64,000 nucleotides of DNA from an uncultured Verrucomicrobiae bacterium (GTDB lineage Bacteria; Verrucomicrobiota; Verrucomicrobiia; Chthoniobacterales; Chthoniobacteraceae), in the NCBI GenBank assembly GCA_963836755.1, contig CAWIKF010000002.1:640001-704000 (forward strand), in the 5' to 3' direction. Made by a program: the position numbers and the translations under genes. Shown here piece after piece: positions 39,968 through 49,972 of this stretch. The first letter of the stretch is position 1, and every line of letters starts with the position of its first letter. The notes below the pieces were generated by a model. That model ran no database searches, was not told the DNA's origin, and was given only the letters and a program-made list of their open reading frames with translations.

Positions 39968-40660
39968 ATGAAATACTCACGCTGGCTTTTGCTTTTGGTT
40001 TTTATGGCGAGCACCACAGCTATGGGACAAGCTCCAGCACCGATGAAAGAAGTCGACGCCAACATCTTTCAACTCGGCGACATCCGGATCGACAAGCGGG
40101 CGAGGAGCGTGACATTCCCCGGCATGATCAACATGCGGGGCGGCAGCCTTGAGTATCTACTCGTGCAAGAACAAGGGAAGACGCATGAGAGTTTACTCTC
40201 AACAAAGGTCGAGCCTTCGGAATTGCATGTGGCGATGCTGCTGCTCGGCGCGAAGGATTCCGCCGGAGATGGAAAGGGGCCTCCGGAGCAGATTGACCAA
40301 ACATTTTTAAAACATGCGCCGAAGTTGCAAGGCGCGGAGATCGAAATTCGCATCACATGGGAACTTGATGGGCGACAGACGCAGGCTCGCGCGGAGGATT
40401 TGCTTTTGCGCAAGAAGAAGCCTTTGCAGCAAGACGGAGCCTGGATCTACAACGGCTCAATCATCGTCGACGGCAAATTTCTAGCGCAGGCCGAAGGGTC
40501 GATTGTTTCCATCGTGACGGATCCCACAGCGCTTATTAATAACGAACGGCTCGGAAATGATGACGACCAGATCTGGACTCCGCGCGCTGACAAACTCCCG
40601 CCATTGAACACGCCGGTGAACATCACCTTCAAGCTTCTGTCTAAAAATACTTCGAAGTGA
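39968..40660 (+). CDS. Secreted hypothetical protein (YdjY-like domain)
   Basis: Signal peptide. LEYLLV...GKTHESLL....PSELHVAMLLLG and WIYNGS motifs. Coupled to the next gene (GTGA). Confidence 0.6.
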   Translation: MKYSRWLLLLVFMASTTAMGQAPAPMKEVDANIFQLGDIRIDKRARSVTFPGMINMRGGSLEYLLVQEQGKTHESLLSTKVEPSELHVAMLLLGAKDSAGDGKGPPEQIDQTFLKHAPKLQGAEIEIRITWELDGRQTQARAEDLLLRKKKPLQQDGAWIYNGSIIVDGKFLAQAEGSIVSIVTDPTALINNERLGNDDDQIWTPRADKLPPLNTPVNITFKLLSKNTSK

Positions 40661-41799
40661 AATTCATCGGTCTCTTCTTTTTTCTTGGTCTCGGAATCCT
40701 TTGCGCGCAAGAGCCGATTCCGCAGCGAACGGCGGATCTGTCCGTGCGCAATGAAGTTCAGCTCGCGATCGACAAAGGTCTCGATTGGTTGCGAAAGAAT
40801 CAGAATCCGGACGGTTCGTGGTCTTTGAATGAGCAACCCGCGCTGACCGCGCTTCCGTTGTCGGCATTCATGGCCGGGCCGGGCAGGGACTTTGAAAAAA
40901 GTCCGCCCGCGTTTTTGCAAAAAGGTTACCAGTTTCTGCTCAGTTCTGTGCAGCCGGATGGCGGCATCTATCGCAAGGGCCTCGCCAACTATAATACTTC
41001 GATCTCGCTCATGGCATTGCTCGCGGCGCATGACGCGAAGTTTGATCCGACAGTTCGCGCTGCGCGTGACTTCATCATCAGCCAGCAGGCGAAAGGACTT
41101 GCAGATCCTTCACTCGACGGCGGGATGGGCTACGGCTCCACCGGCAGTGCACGTCAGCATCCAGACCTTTCCAATACCGAGGCCGCGCTCGACGCTTTGT
41201 ATCACAGCAAGATTGAGACGGGCTCAGAGCTCCCGCATGCAAAGGATCTCGATTGGGCCGCGGCCATCGCCTTTATCCAGCGCTGCCAAAATCTTCCGTC
41301 TGTGAATAAGGAAAAGTGGGCGAGCAATGACCCGGAAAACAAAGGCGGCTTCGTCTATTTTCCGGGTGAGAGCGCGGCGGGCGAGATGCAGTTGCCCGAT
41401 GGGAAGAAAGCGCTGCGCTCTTATGGGAGCATGAGCTACGCGGGCCTCATGAGTTATCTTTACGCTGACTTAAAGAAAGATGATCCGCGCGTGAAGGCAG
41501 TCATGGATTGGCTGCGCGCGCATTATTCCATCGAGGAAAATCCCGGCATGGGTTCCGATGGACTCTTCTATTACTACCAAATGATGGCGAAGGCGCTTCA
41601 TGCCAGCGGCACGCGCGAAATGAAGCTCGCGAATGGCCGCGAGGTGGACTGGAGAAAAGATTTGGCGCTAAAGTTGATCGACCTGCAAAAGCCGGACGGT
41701 TCCTGGGCCAATGACAGCGGACGCTGGATGGAAAAAGATCCCGTGCTTTCGACCTCTTACGCGCTGTTGACTCTCGAGATCATCTACCGCGCATTATAA
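40657..41799 (+). CDS. Secreted prenyltransferase/squalene-oxidase (QW) repeat alpha/alpha-toroid protein
   Basis: Signal peptide. Repeats WLRKNQNPDGSW, VQPDGG, IQRCQ and LQKPDGSW. Confidence 0.8.
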   Translation: MKFIGLFFFLGLGILCAQEPIPQRTADLSVRNEVQLAIDKGLDWLRKNQNPDGSWSLNEQPALTALPLSAFMAGPGRDFEKSPPAFLQKGYQFLLSSVQPDGGIYRKGLANYNTSISLMALLAAHDAKFDPTVRAARDFIISQQAKGLADPSLDGGMGYGSTGSARQHPDLSNTEAALDALYHSKIETGSELPHAKDLDWAAAIAFIQRCQNLPSVNKEKWASNDPENKGGFVYFPGESAAGEMQLPDGKKALRSYGSMSYAGLMSYLYADLKKDDPRVKAVMDWLRAHYSIEENPGMGSDGLFYYYQMMAKALHASGTREMKLANGREVDWRKDLALKLIDLQKPDGSWANDSGRWMEKDPVLSTSYALLTLEIIYRAL

Positions 41800-41874
41800 T
41801 TGGCGCGGAAGCTTGTGTTTCGCGAGGCTGGTGCTTAGGTTTTTGGTGACGCCCCCCGAAATTCCAGAGATCCG

Positions 41875-43395
41875 ATGAGCAATCTATTCGACCCCCAGAA
41901 GCTGATCCGAAAAATCGCGAACTCGCGGTTCTTGATGATTTCCGCGCTGCTCCATGTGCTGCTAGTCCTGCTTTTTGGCGGCACCGTTCTTTTTAATAAA
42001 TACGTCGAGCCGCCGGACTTTGACGCCGGCGGTGGCGACTTCCTCACCGCCACCGACGTCGCCGAGCCTCCGCAACCGCCGGCGCAAGAAATGCCCACTC
42101 CGCCATCGTCGCTGGCGCCGCCACCCGTTTCCACGCCGACGACCGCGCTGTCCGCGATTGTCAGCATGAACTCCACCGCTCCCTCGTTCACGATGCCGGT
42201 CGCGCAAAACATCGCGCCGACGCTTTCAAATAACCTCACAGACCAGATCGCGAAGGCGCCGCCGACGAATCCTTTGGGCACCGGCCCGATGGCTTCGCTT
42301 CCAGCTGCGATGGGCGGACGCGGCACCGGACGCCGCGCTTCCGTGCTGGCGCAAAATGGGGGCAAAGTTACCAGCGAGCAGGCCGTGGTGAAAGCGCTCC
42401 GCTGGTTGCAAAAAGTGCAGAATCCCGCCGACGGCACGTGGGGCACCGGGAAATATCGCGGCGCGATGACCGGCCTCGCTACGCTCTGTTTTCTCGGCCA
42501 CGGCGAAACTCCCGCGACCTCGCGTGAATTTGGAATTGTGGTGAGCAAGTCGCTCAAGGCGATCGTCGATGAAGGCACGAAGGCAAAAGGAATTCTTAGC
42601 TTCAATGGTGCCCTCTCCAAAGGGAACGAATCAGTTTACGAGCACGCCATCGGCGCCTACGCACTGGGCGAAGCTTACACGATGACGAAGGACGAAACCA
42701 TCACGCCCGTGCTTACGCAGGCGGTCGCTTATATTACAGACGGCCAGCGCCCCGACGGCGGCTGGGCTTACAGCTACGACAAGGGTGCCGATGAGCCGAA
42801 AAAGGTGCCGAAAAGCGACACCTCCGTCAGTGGCTGGCAGGTGCAGGCCTTGAAAGCCGCGCATTTGACTGGTCTCACTTTTCCCGCGGTCGACCCAGCC
42901 CTCGACACATCGATGCGAAACTTTGACCGCGTCTTTGACCCGAAGGACGGCACCTTCGGCTACCGCAAACCGGGCGACCGTCGCAATGGCTCGCTCACCG
43001 GCGTCGGCGTCCTATGCAAACTTTTTTGGCTCGGAAAGTCGGACGCGCTCGTCCGGGACGGCCTCAAGAACATTGAAGGGCACGACGTGAAATACGACAG
43101 CGCTGACGCCAACATTTATTCCTGGTATTACGACACGCAGGCCTGTTTCCAAGCGCAAGGCCCGTCTTGGGATCGCTGGAACCGCCAGTTTCAGGACGAG
43201 CTTGTGAGCCATCAATCCCCCGACGGAAGCTGGCCCGCCACTGGCGGCAAGGAAACCGGCGGCATGAACGGCGCCGACATCAACAGCCAGATTTACCGCA
43301 CCACGCTCTGCGCCCTCATGCTTGAGGTCTACTACCGCTACCTTCCGACGAGCAAGGAATCGAATGCCGGCGCGGGAACTCCCACGGGTTTATAA
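41875..43395 (+). CDS. Membrane-anchored prenyltransferase/squalene-oxidase repeat protein with Pro-rich linker
   Basis: N-terminal TM (SALLHVLL) and Pro-rich linker. ALRWLQKVQ..DGTW, QRPDGGW, SDTSVSGW, QSPDGSW and LEVYYRYLP motifs. Confidence 0.8.
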   Translation: MSNLFDPQKLIRKIANSRFLMISALLHVLLVLLFGGTVLFNKYVEPPDFDAGGGDFLTATDVAEPPQPPAQEMPTPPSSLAPPPVSTPTTALSAIVSMNSTAPSFTMPVAQNIAPTLSNNLTDQIAKAPPTNPLGTGPMASLPAAMGGRGTGRRASVLAQNGGKVTSEQAVVKALRWLQKVQNPADGTWGTGKYRGAMTGLATLCFLGHGETPATSREFGIVVSKSLKAIVDEGTKAKGILSFNGALSKGNESVYEHAIGAYALGEAYTMTKDETITPVLTQAVAYITDGQRPDGGWAYSYDKGADEPKKVPKSDTSVSGWQVQALKAAHLTGLTFPAVDPALDTSMRNFDRVFDPKDGTFGYRKPGDRRNGSLTGVGVLCKLFWLGKSDALVRDGLKNIEGHDVKYDSADANIYSWYYDTQACFQAQGPSWDRWNRQFQDELVSHQSPDGSWPATGGKETGGMNGADINSQIYRTTLCALMLEVYYRYLPTSKESNAGAGTPTGL

Positions 43396-43439
43396 GTCGC
43401 GATTCGCTCGCGAGCCAGTTCGAGCAGTTCAGTAGTTGC

Positions 43440-44573
43440 TTACGGCGTCGATGCCGCGGCGGCTTTGCCGGCCCAGTCCCACTTTTTCAGATCGCTGCTC
43501 CACGCGATGCCGATGCTGGCAAAGTTATCGAATCCGCCGCGCGGGTCTTTTTCTTCGTAAGCCGACCCATGAAAAAACATGAGCGCCTTGCCGATTGCGG
43601 GATCTTTTCGCAAATCCAAGACGAAGCCCGCACTCAACCGTCCCTGCGCCCACGGCCAATCTTTTTGCCCTAGCGTCAGGATTCCTTCGCTCGTCCATTT
43701 CTGGAGATCGGGCGAGCGCTTCACACCGATGCCGTCGTGGGGCGAGTAGAATAAAACGTAGTCATTGTTGTCCACGATGACGCACGGGTTTTCGCCACCG
43801 GCGGCCGCGCCGGGGAGTGGAGTCCAGCTTTTCAAGTCGCGCGACCAGGACATTTTCACCTCGCCGTTTTGCTTAAAGAAGCACCACCACTTGCTGGGAT
43901 CATCTTTGTCCGCGAGGAGGAATGGATCGATCATCCGGCCCATTTTTTCGCGCGGGATATCGGAGCCCAGAACTTTCAAAAGCTCCGGCGAACCCCAATT
44001 CTCGAGGTCTTTGCTGCGCATGATCCAGACGCGGGAGTCGGCGTTGCCGAATTTTTCTCCGTGCGGGCGCGGATAGGTCTGGAGGCAGAGAACCCATTCG
44101 TCGCCGAAGCGAACCACATCGCCGGGGCTGCCGTAGTTCAGATTTCGATCGCGCGGCGTGAAAGTTTTGGGCTCGGTCCAGTGCACCAAGTCCCGACTTT
44201 TACTCCACGCGGTGTAGTCAAACGCCTTTTTGTCTGGCTCTACTTTGACTAGCTCGAAGTAAAGATAAAACCAGCCGTCATGATAAATGGCCGCCGGGTC
44301 GCGATACGCTGTTGTGGCGTCGCCTCGGAATATAATCGGCGACTTCAATGCGGAAATGCTGACCGTCGGATCCGCGGGCAGCGTCGCGGCGGGGAGGGAA
44401 ACGCCTGCAGTAAAAGTTGCCGCAATCGCCGCGAAGATGCGCGACGCGTTGAAGAAGCATTCCGGAAAGGAGCCGCGCTGGCACCCGAGCCTGTGCTCCC
44501 CGACTTTCCCAACCGACAGCTTCCCGCATGCGGCAGCTCGCCAAGGCTCCGGTATAGGTTCCAACAACGTCAT
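43440..44573 (-). CDS. Five-bladed beta-propeller glycoside hydrolase-like protein (GH43/32/117 clan); start uncertain
   Basis: YRDPAA, SRDLVHW, SKDLENW and SSDLKKW Asp-boxes, plus MIDPF and GENP. Signal-like segment IFAAIAATFTAGVSLPAA near 44440. Confidence 0.65.
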   Translation of the reverse strand: MTLLEPIPEPWRAAACGKLSVGKVGEHRLGCQRGSFPECFFNASRIFAAIAATFTAGVSLPAATLPADPTVSISALKSPIIFRGDATTAYRDPAAIYHDGWFYLYFELVKVEPDKKAFDYTAWSKSRDLVHWTEPKTFTPRDRNLNYGSPGDVVRFGDEWVLCLQTYPRPHGEKFGNADSRVWIMRSKDLENWGSPELLKVLGSDIPREKMGRMIDPFLLADKDDPSKWWCFFKQNGEVKMSWSRDLKSWTPLPGAAAGGENPCVIVDNNDYVLFYSPHDGIGVKRSPDLQKWTSEGILTLGQKDWPWAQGRLSAGFVLDLRKDPAIGKALMFFHGSAYEEKDPRGGFDNFASIGIAWSSDLKKWDWAGKAAAASTP

Positions 44574-44619
44574 CCTCCCAATGAACCTTCCGAAGCGACT
44601 ACGGTCGAGCACTTCCCGG

Positions 44620-45699
44620 CTATAGCGCCCGTCCATACTGCACCGGCCCGGTCACATCATGCCGCAAGCGCCGTGCGGCATGCAGCGGCCAATAGGGATC
44701 GCGTAAAAGTTCGCGCGCGAGAAACACGATGTCGGCCTGGCCCATGCGGATAATCTGGTCGGCCTGCTCCGCCGCCGTGATCATTCCAACCGCCGCAGTT
44801 GGAATATCCGCTTCCGTTCGCACCTGTTCCGCAAATCGCACTTGATAACCAGGTCCCGTGGGAATCTTCGCGTGCGGGACATTGCCTCCGGAGGAACAAT
44901 CAATGAGATCCACTCCGGAAGCACGAAGCCGTTTCGCGAGAGCGACCGAATCTTCCGCCGTCCAGCCGCCGTCGGTCCAGTCAGTGGCCGAGATTCGGAC
45001 AAAAAGTGGATAGCGTTCCGGCCAGGTTCTGCGCACGACTTCCACCGTTTCGCAGAGCAATCGAATCCGATTATCAAACGACCCGCCGTATCGGTCCGTG
45101 CGATGATTGCTGAGCGGCGAAAGAAACTCATGCAACAGGTAGCCATGTGCGGCGTGAATTTCGACCACCCTTCCGCCCGCCTCCAGCACGCGTCGGGCGG
45201 ATTGTTCAAAGGCAATTAAAACTCGCTTGATCCCGTCATCATCGAGCGCATGAGGGATTTGGTGCCCCTCGTCAAACGGCAGATCGCTGGGCGCATAGAT
45301 TGGAGTCCAGCCGCCTTTTGACTCGTCAGCGGGCTTGCCGCCGTTCCACGGTTCTCTGGTGCTCGCCTTTCGACCCGCATGAGCCAATTGCACGCCGGCC
45401 ACCGCTCCTTGCTTTTCAATAAAGGCAAAGATGCGCGCCAGCGGTTCAATATGCTCATCCTTCCAAATGCCGAGATCGCCCGGACTGATACGTCCCTCCG
45501 GAACAATCGCGGTCGCCTCACTGAGAACCAGACCTGCTCCCCCGACGGCGCGGCTGCCAAGATGGACGAGGTGCCAGTCATTGGCAAAGCCGTCCACGCA
45601 GGAATACTCACACATCGGCGAGACCCCAATCCGATTGCGGAAATCGACATCGCGAAGTTTGAAGGGCGCAAATAAATTGTCGGAGCCAACGGTTGCCAT
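44620..45699 (-). CDS. NADH:flavin oxidoreductase, old yellow enzyme (YqjM/NamA-like)
   Basis: RNRIGVSPMCEYS, QLAHAGRKAS, IHAAHGYLLHEFLSP and ARELLRDPYWP motifs. Confidence 0.92.
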   Translation of the reverse strand: MATVGSDNLFAPFKLRDVDFRNRIGVSPMCEYSCVDGFANDWHLVHLGSRAVGGAGLVLSEATAIVPEGRISPGDLGIWKDEHIEPLARIFAFIEKQGAVAGVQLAHAGRKASTREPWNGGKPADESKGGWTPIYAPSDLPFDEGHQIPHALDDDGIKRVLIAFEQSARRVLEAGGRVVEIHAAHGYLLHEFLSPLSNHRTDRYGGSFDNRIRLLCETVEVVRRTWPERYPLFVRISATDWTDGGWTAEDSVALAKRLRASGVDLIDCSSGGNVPHAKIPTGPGYQVRFAEQVRTEADIPTAAVGMITAAEQADQIIRMGQADIVFLARELLRDPYWPLHAARRLRHDVTGPVQYGRAL

Positions 45700-45856
45700 T
45701 GGTGAATAAACGTCCGTGCTTGGAAAGTTGGTTCCACCTACCCACACTTCATACAGCAGGTCACGAGGACACGGTTTCGCTATAATCGAAACAGGCGTGG
45801 ACCGGCATGATCGTCGCATGTGCGGCCACAATTGCCTGGATGCGGTTGAGCCGAAA

Positions 45857-45930
45857 TCGGGCCGGCGGGATTCGAACCCACGACCTCTTGAACCCCATTC
45901 AAGCGTTCTACCAAGCTGAACTACGGCCCG
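45857..45930 (-). tRNA. tRNA-Pro(GGG), CCA not encoded
   Basis: CGGGCCGTAGTTCAGCTTGGTAGAACGCTTGAAT-GGG-GTTCAAGAGGTCGTGGGTTCGAATCCCGCCGGCCCGA forms a cloverleaf. Confidence 0.95.
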
Positions 45931-45935
45931 AAAAA

Positions 45936-46009
45936 CGGAGCCTACGGGGCTCGAACCCGCAACCTCTGCCGTGACAGGGCAGCGCTCTAACCAATTGAGC
46001 TAAGGCTCC
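45936..46009 (-). tRNA. tRNA-Asp(GTC), CCA not encoded
   Basis: GGAGCCTTAGCTCAATTGGTTAGAGCGCTGCCCT-GTC-ACGGCAGAGGTTGCGGGTTCGAGCCCCGTAGGCTCCG forms a cloverleaf. Confidence 0.95.
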
Positions 46010-46109
46010 TCGAAAGAGCCGCGCACCTTACGGCGTCGCACCGGGCTCGGCAATGTTTTTCTCGCGCGATTTGCGCTTTTGCCCGCCATCGGTTAGGACG
46101 AAAAACAAC

Positions 46110-47639
46110 ATGCGCGATTTCTATGACGTGGTGATTATCGGCGGCGCTTTTTCCGGGGCGGCGACGGGGCTTTTATTGAAGCGCAAACGACCCGAGCTCC
46201 GAGTGCTCATCGTGGAGAAAAGCGCGGAGTTTGACCGCAAAGTCGGCGAATCGACCACCGAAGTTTCCTCGTGTTTTTTGACGCGCGTGCTCGGCCTTTC
46301 GACTTATCTCGGGCACGAGCAGCTCGCGAAACAAGGGCTGCGGCTTTGGTTCGCAAACGACTCCGAGCAGCCGTTTGAGGAATGCGTTGAAGTTGGCGCG
46401 CGTTACAATTCGCGGCTGCCCGGATTTCAAGTCGATCGCGCGAAACTGGATGCGCATTTGCTGGAGCTCGCCGAAGCGGAAGGATGCGAAGTCCTCCGGC
46501 CGGCGAAGGCCGTCGACATTCAGCTCAACGGCGTCGGCAAAAACCTTTTGCGGGTCAAAAAAGAGGACGAAAGTCTTTCAGTCACCGCTGGCTGGGTCGT
46601 CGATGCGAGTGGTCGCGCGGCAGTTCTCGCGCGGCAGCTTTCGCATTTCAAACCACTCGCTTCGCACCCGATCAATGCGCTCTGGGCGCGGTTCACCGGC
46701 GTGCGCGATTGGGACGGCCACGCGATGCGCGAGAAATTTCCGCGCTACGCGAGCGCCTGCCGCACCAGCCGCAGCTGGGCGACGAATCACCTCATGGGCC
46801 TCGGCTCGTGGGTCTGGATCATTCCGCTGAAGGGCGGCGATTATTCCGTCGGGCTCGTTTACGATTCGCGGCTTTTCACGCCGCCCGCCGGCGCATCGAT
46901 CGCGGAAAAATTGCGCGCGCATTTCATGGCGCATCCGGTCGGCCGCGAGATTTTGCGCGATGCGCAGCCGGTCGAGCACGACATGCGAGCTTACTCGCTG
47001 CTGCCGTATTCCTCGGAAAAGATTTTCGGCGACGGCTGGGCGATCGTCGGCGACGCCGCCGGCTTCCTCGATCCGTTTTACAGCCCCGGCCTCGACTTTT
47101 GCGCATTCACCTCGCATGGCGCGTCAAGCTTGATCCTAAGAGCTTTCGCGGGCGAAGAGCTCGCGCATGCGATGGAAAAATATAACGAGCGATTTCGTTT
47201 TTGTTTCCACTCGTGGTTCGACGCAATTTATCGCGACAAGTATTTTTACATGGGCGACGCGGAGCTGATGGCGGCCGCGTTTTTACTCGATATTTCCGGC
47301 TACCATCTCGGCCCGGTGCGGCAGGTTTATGAAAATCCCAACGAGCAGTTTGATTTTTTCCCGTTCGACGGTGTGCCGGGAAAAGTCGCTGCGAGTTTGC
47401 TGAAATTTTACAATCGCCGACTCTCCGCACTCGCGCGCCGGAAAATCGCCGCCGGTGTTTATGGCGATCGAAACAAAGAGTGGCGGCTGCTGGTTGGCGG
47501 TTTCGTGCCTGATGCGAGCATGCTGAAATTGGTGCGGCAAGGACTGCTGCGCTGGTGGCGCGCCGAGCTGCGTTGTCTGTTTTTGCGAAAGGCGGCCGCG
47601 GCGATCGAGCAGCCCATGCCGGTGACGGCGGCGACCTAA
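46110..47639 (+). CDS. Flavin-dependent halogenase-like FAD oxidoreductase
   Basis: VVIIGGAFSG Rossmann motif, KVGEST, QVDRAKLD, WVWIIP (WxWxIP) and GDAAGFLDPFYSPG. Confidence 0.75.
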   Translation: MRDFYDVVIIGGAFSGAATGLLLKRKRPELRVLIVEKSAEFDRKVGESTTEVSSCFLTRVLGLSTYLGHEQLAKQGLRLWFANDSEQPFEECVEVGARYNSRLPGFQVDRAKLDAHLLELAEAEGCEVLRPAKAVDIQLNGVGKNLLRVKKEDESLSVTAGWVVDASGRAAVLARQLSHFKPLASHPINALWARFTGVRDWDGHAMREKFPRYASACRTSRSWATNHLMGLGSWVWIIPLKGGDYSVGLVYDSRLFTPPAGASIAEKLRAHFMAHPVGREILRDAQPVEHDMRAYSLLPYSSEKIFGDGWAIVGDAAGFLDPFYSPGLDFCAFTSHGASSLILRAFAGEELAHAMEKYNERFRFCFHSWFDAIYRDKYFYMGDAELMAAAFLLDISGYHLGPVRQVYENPNEQFDFFPFDGVPGKVAASLLKFYNRRLSALARRKIAAGVYGDRNKEWRLLVGGFVPDASMLKLVRQGLLRWWRAELRCLFLRKAAAAIEQPMPVTAAT

Positions 47640-47690
47640 GCCGCGAATTTTGCATTTCCTTTTCGACGCGATTCCCGTCTGAATTGCCGC

Positions 47691-49271
47691 ATGCCCACCA
47701 CGTCTCTTTGGCCGCGATTTCAGAAACATCTTCTGCGCTATTCGGATTTGGGATTTGCGCTCGACATCAGTCGCATGCGTTTCGGCGACGACTTTTTCGC
47801 GAAAATGCAGCCGCGCGTGGAAGCTGCGCTGCAGCAAATGAAGGAACTCGAGGCCGGCGCGATCGCGAACCCGGACGAGCAGCGGATGGTCGGTCATTAC
47901 TGGCTGCGCTCGCCGGAGCTGGCGCCGAATGACAATCTGCGCGGCGAGATCGAGCGGACGCTCGCCGACATCAAAACTTTCGCCGCAGCAGTGCATGGTG
48001 GAAAAATTTCCACGCCCAGCGGAGCAAAGTTCACGGACATTTTGCTCGTCGGGATTGGCGGCTCGGCGCTCGGCCCGCAGTTCATCGCCGATGCACTCGG
48101 CACGCCGGTCGATGCGATGCAGATCCACTTTTTGGACAACACCGATCCGGACGGCTTCGACAAAGTTTTTGAAAAAATGGACTGCCTCGCGACGACGCTC
48201 GCCGTGGTGATTTCAAAATCCGGTGGCACGAAGGAAACGCGCAACGGAATGCTCGAGGCCGCCGCGCGTTTCAAAGCCGCCGGGCTCGACTTTCCGAAGC
48301 AAGCCGTGGCCGTGACCGGCGACGGAAGCGAGCTCGACAAAGTCGCGGTGAGCGAGGGCTGGCTGAAACGCTTTCCAATGTGGGATTGGGTCGGTGGCCG
48401 GACGTCGGTGATGAGCGCGGTCGGGCTGGTGCCGATGGCGTTGCAAGGGCTCGATGTGGACAAATTTCTCGCGGGCGCAGCCGCGATGGATGCGAAAACG
48501 CGCGTTAATGATCCGCAAAAGAACGCGGCGCTTCTGCTCGCGCTGATGTGGCATTTCGCCGGCAACGGACGCGGCGAGAAGGACATGGTGATTCTTCCTT
48601 ACAAAGATCGGCTCGTCCTTTTTTCAAAATATTTGCAGCAGCTCGTGATGGAGTCGCTCGGCAAAGAGCGCGACCTCGACGGCGAAGTCGTGCATCAAGG
48701 CATTGCGGTTTACGGCAATAAAGGGTCGACCGATCAGCATGCTTATGTGCAACAACTGCGCGACGGTGTGGCCAACTTTTTCGCGACCTTCATCGAGGTG
48801 CGGCGCGACCGAAACGGCGTTTCGATGGAGGTGGAGCCGGACGTGACGGCGGGCGATTATCTGCAAGGATTTTTGCGCGGGACGCGGACCGCGCTTTATG
48901 AAGGCGGCCGCGACTCGATCACGATCTCGATCGCGCAGGTCGATGCGTTCACTGTCGGGATGCTGATCGCGCTTTACGAGCGCGCGGTGGGTTTTTACGC
49001 ATCGCTCGTGAACATTAATGCATATCATCAGCCGGGCGTGGAAGCGGGGAAAAAAGCCGCGGCAAAAATTTTGCAACTGCAGCTCACGGTCGCGAAACTT
49101 TTACGCGAATCAGCGGGGAAAAATCTCTCCGTTGCGGAGATCGCGGCAGCGGCCGGCGCGGATCTGGAGGAGACGTATCACGTGTTGAATCACCTGGCGG
49201 CGAACTCGTCAAAATTCAGCTGCACTGCTGCATCCGCGCCGGCGGACGAAACGTTTTCCTACAACGCGTAA
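47691..49271 (+). CDS. pgi: Glucose-6-phosphate isomerase
   Basis: [36 protein letters not shown] and [13 protein letters not shown] motifs. Confidence 0.96.
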   Translation: MPTTSLWPRFQKHLLRYSDLGFALDISRMRFGDDFFAKMQPRVEAALQQMKELEAGAIANPDEQRMVGHYWLRSPELAPNDNLRGEIERTLADIKTFAAAVHGGKISTPSGAKFTDILLVGIGGSALGPQFIADALGTPVDAMQIHFLDNTDPDGFDKVFEKMDCLATTLAVVISKSGGTKETRNGMLEAAARFKAAGLDFPKQAVAVTGDGSELDKVAVSEGWLKRFPMWDWVGGRTSVMSAVGLVPMALQGLDVDKFLAGAAAMDAKTRVNDPQKNAALLLALMWHFAGNGRGEKDMVILPYKDRLVLFSKYLQQLVMESLGKERDLDGEVVHQGIAVYGNKGSTDQHAYVQQLRDGVANFFATFIEVRRDRNGVSMEVEPDVTAGDYLQGFLRGTRTALYEGGRDSITISIAQVDAFTVGMLIALYERAVGFYASLVNINAYHQPGVEAGKKAAAKILQLQLTVAKLLRESAGKNLSVAEIAAAAGADLEETYHVLNHLAANSSKFSCTAASAPADETFSYNA

Positions 49272-49972
49272 TGAATCCCAATCCCGCTTCCGACGATCCC
49301 GAAATTCCGTTTTCGCGGCTCTCGATATTCATGCGGCAGGTCGCGCATGACGTGCGCAATGGCCTGAATGCGATCGATCTCGAGGCTGCATTCATCGCGG
49401 AGCTGGTGACCGATCCCGAAGCCGCGGAGGAAGTGAAAAAGCTGCGCGCGATGGTGAGCAATGTCGCGCAAAGCTTGCAGAAGCTCACGGCGAAATTTTC
49501 GAATCCATCGCTCAACTTGATCGACATTCGCGCGAGCGATTTTGCGCAGGCGTTCCGCGAGCGGGTGGAGCAAAGTTTCGCCGAGAAAAAAGCGAACTTC
49601 CAATGGTCGGGCGGATTTAAGGAGGAGACGATCGAGATCGACTACGAAATGTTTTCTGCGGCGCTTTTGGAGCTTTTTCATAACGCAATTCACTTTCGTG
49701 AGAAAGATGCGTCGATCACTTTTCGCCTCGACGTTCGCAACGGCCAGGTTTTTTTTGAATTGGCGGAAACCAAGGCTGCACCTGCATTTGCGCTGAATGG
49801 CTGGAGTTTTGAGCCGCTCGTCTCAACGCGTCGCAGCGGCTACGGACTCGGCCTTTTTCAAGCCCGTCGCATCATCGAGGCGCACGGCGGCACGCTTGCA
49901 TTTGAGCATGTGGATGGACGGCTGCTCACCTCGGTGAAACTGCCAGTAGCCGCTCCCGTCGCGCGCGCATGA
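49271..49972 (+). CDS. Sensor-less histidine kinase-like protein (DHp + CA only)
   Basis: H-box VAHDVRNGL, N-box ELFHNA, G2 GYGLGL and IIEAHGG. No TM or PAS domain. Coupled to pgi (TAATG). Confidence 0.8.
   Translation: MNPNPASDDPEIPFSRLSIFMRQVAHDVRNGLNAIDLEAAFIAELVTDPEAAEEVKKLRAMVSNVAQSLQKLTAKFSNPSLNLIDIRASDFAQAFRERVEQSFAEKKANFQWSGGFKEETIEIDYEMFSAALLELFHNAIHFREKDASITFRLDVRNGQVFFELAETKAAPAFALNGWSFEPLVSTRRSGYGLGLFQARRIIEAHGGTLAFEHVDGRLLTSVKLPVAAPVARA

Noticed and set aside
40657..43395. Squalene-hopene cyclase/hopanoid cluster
   Set aside because: The proteins are exported, single-toroid and lack DxDD, and no hpn genes are nearby.
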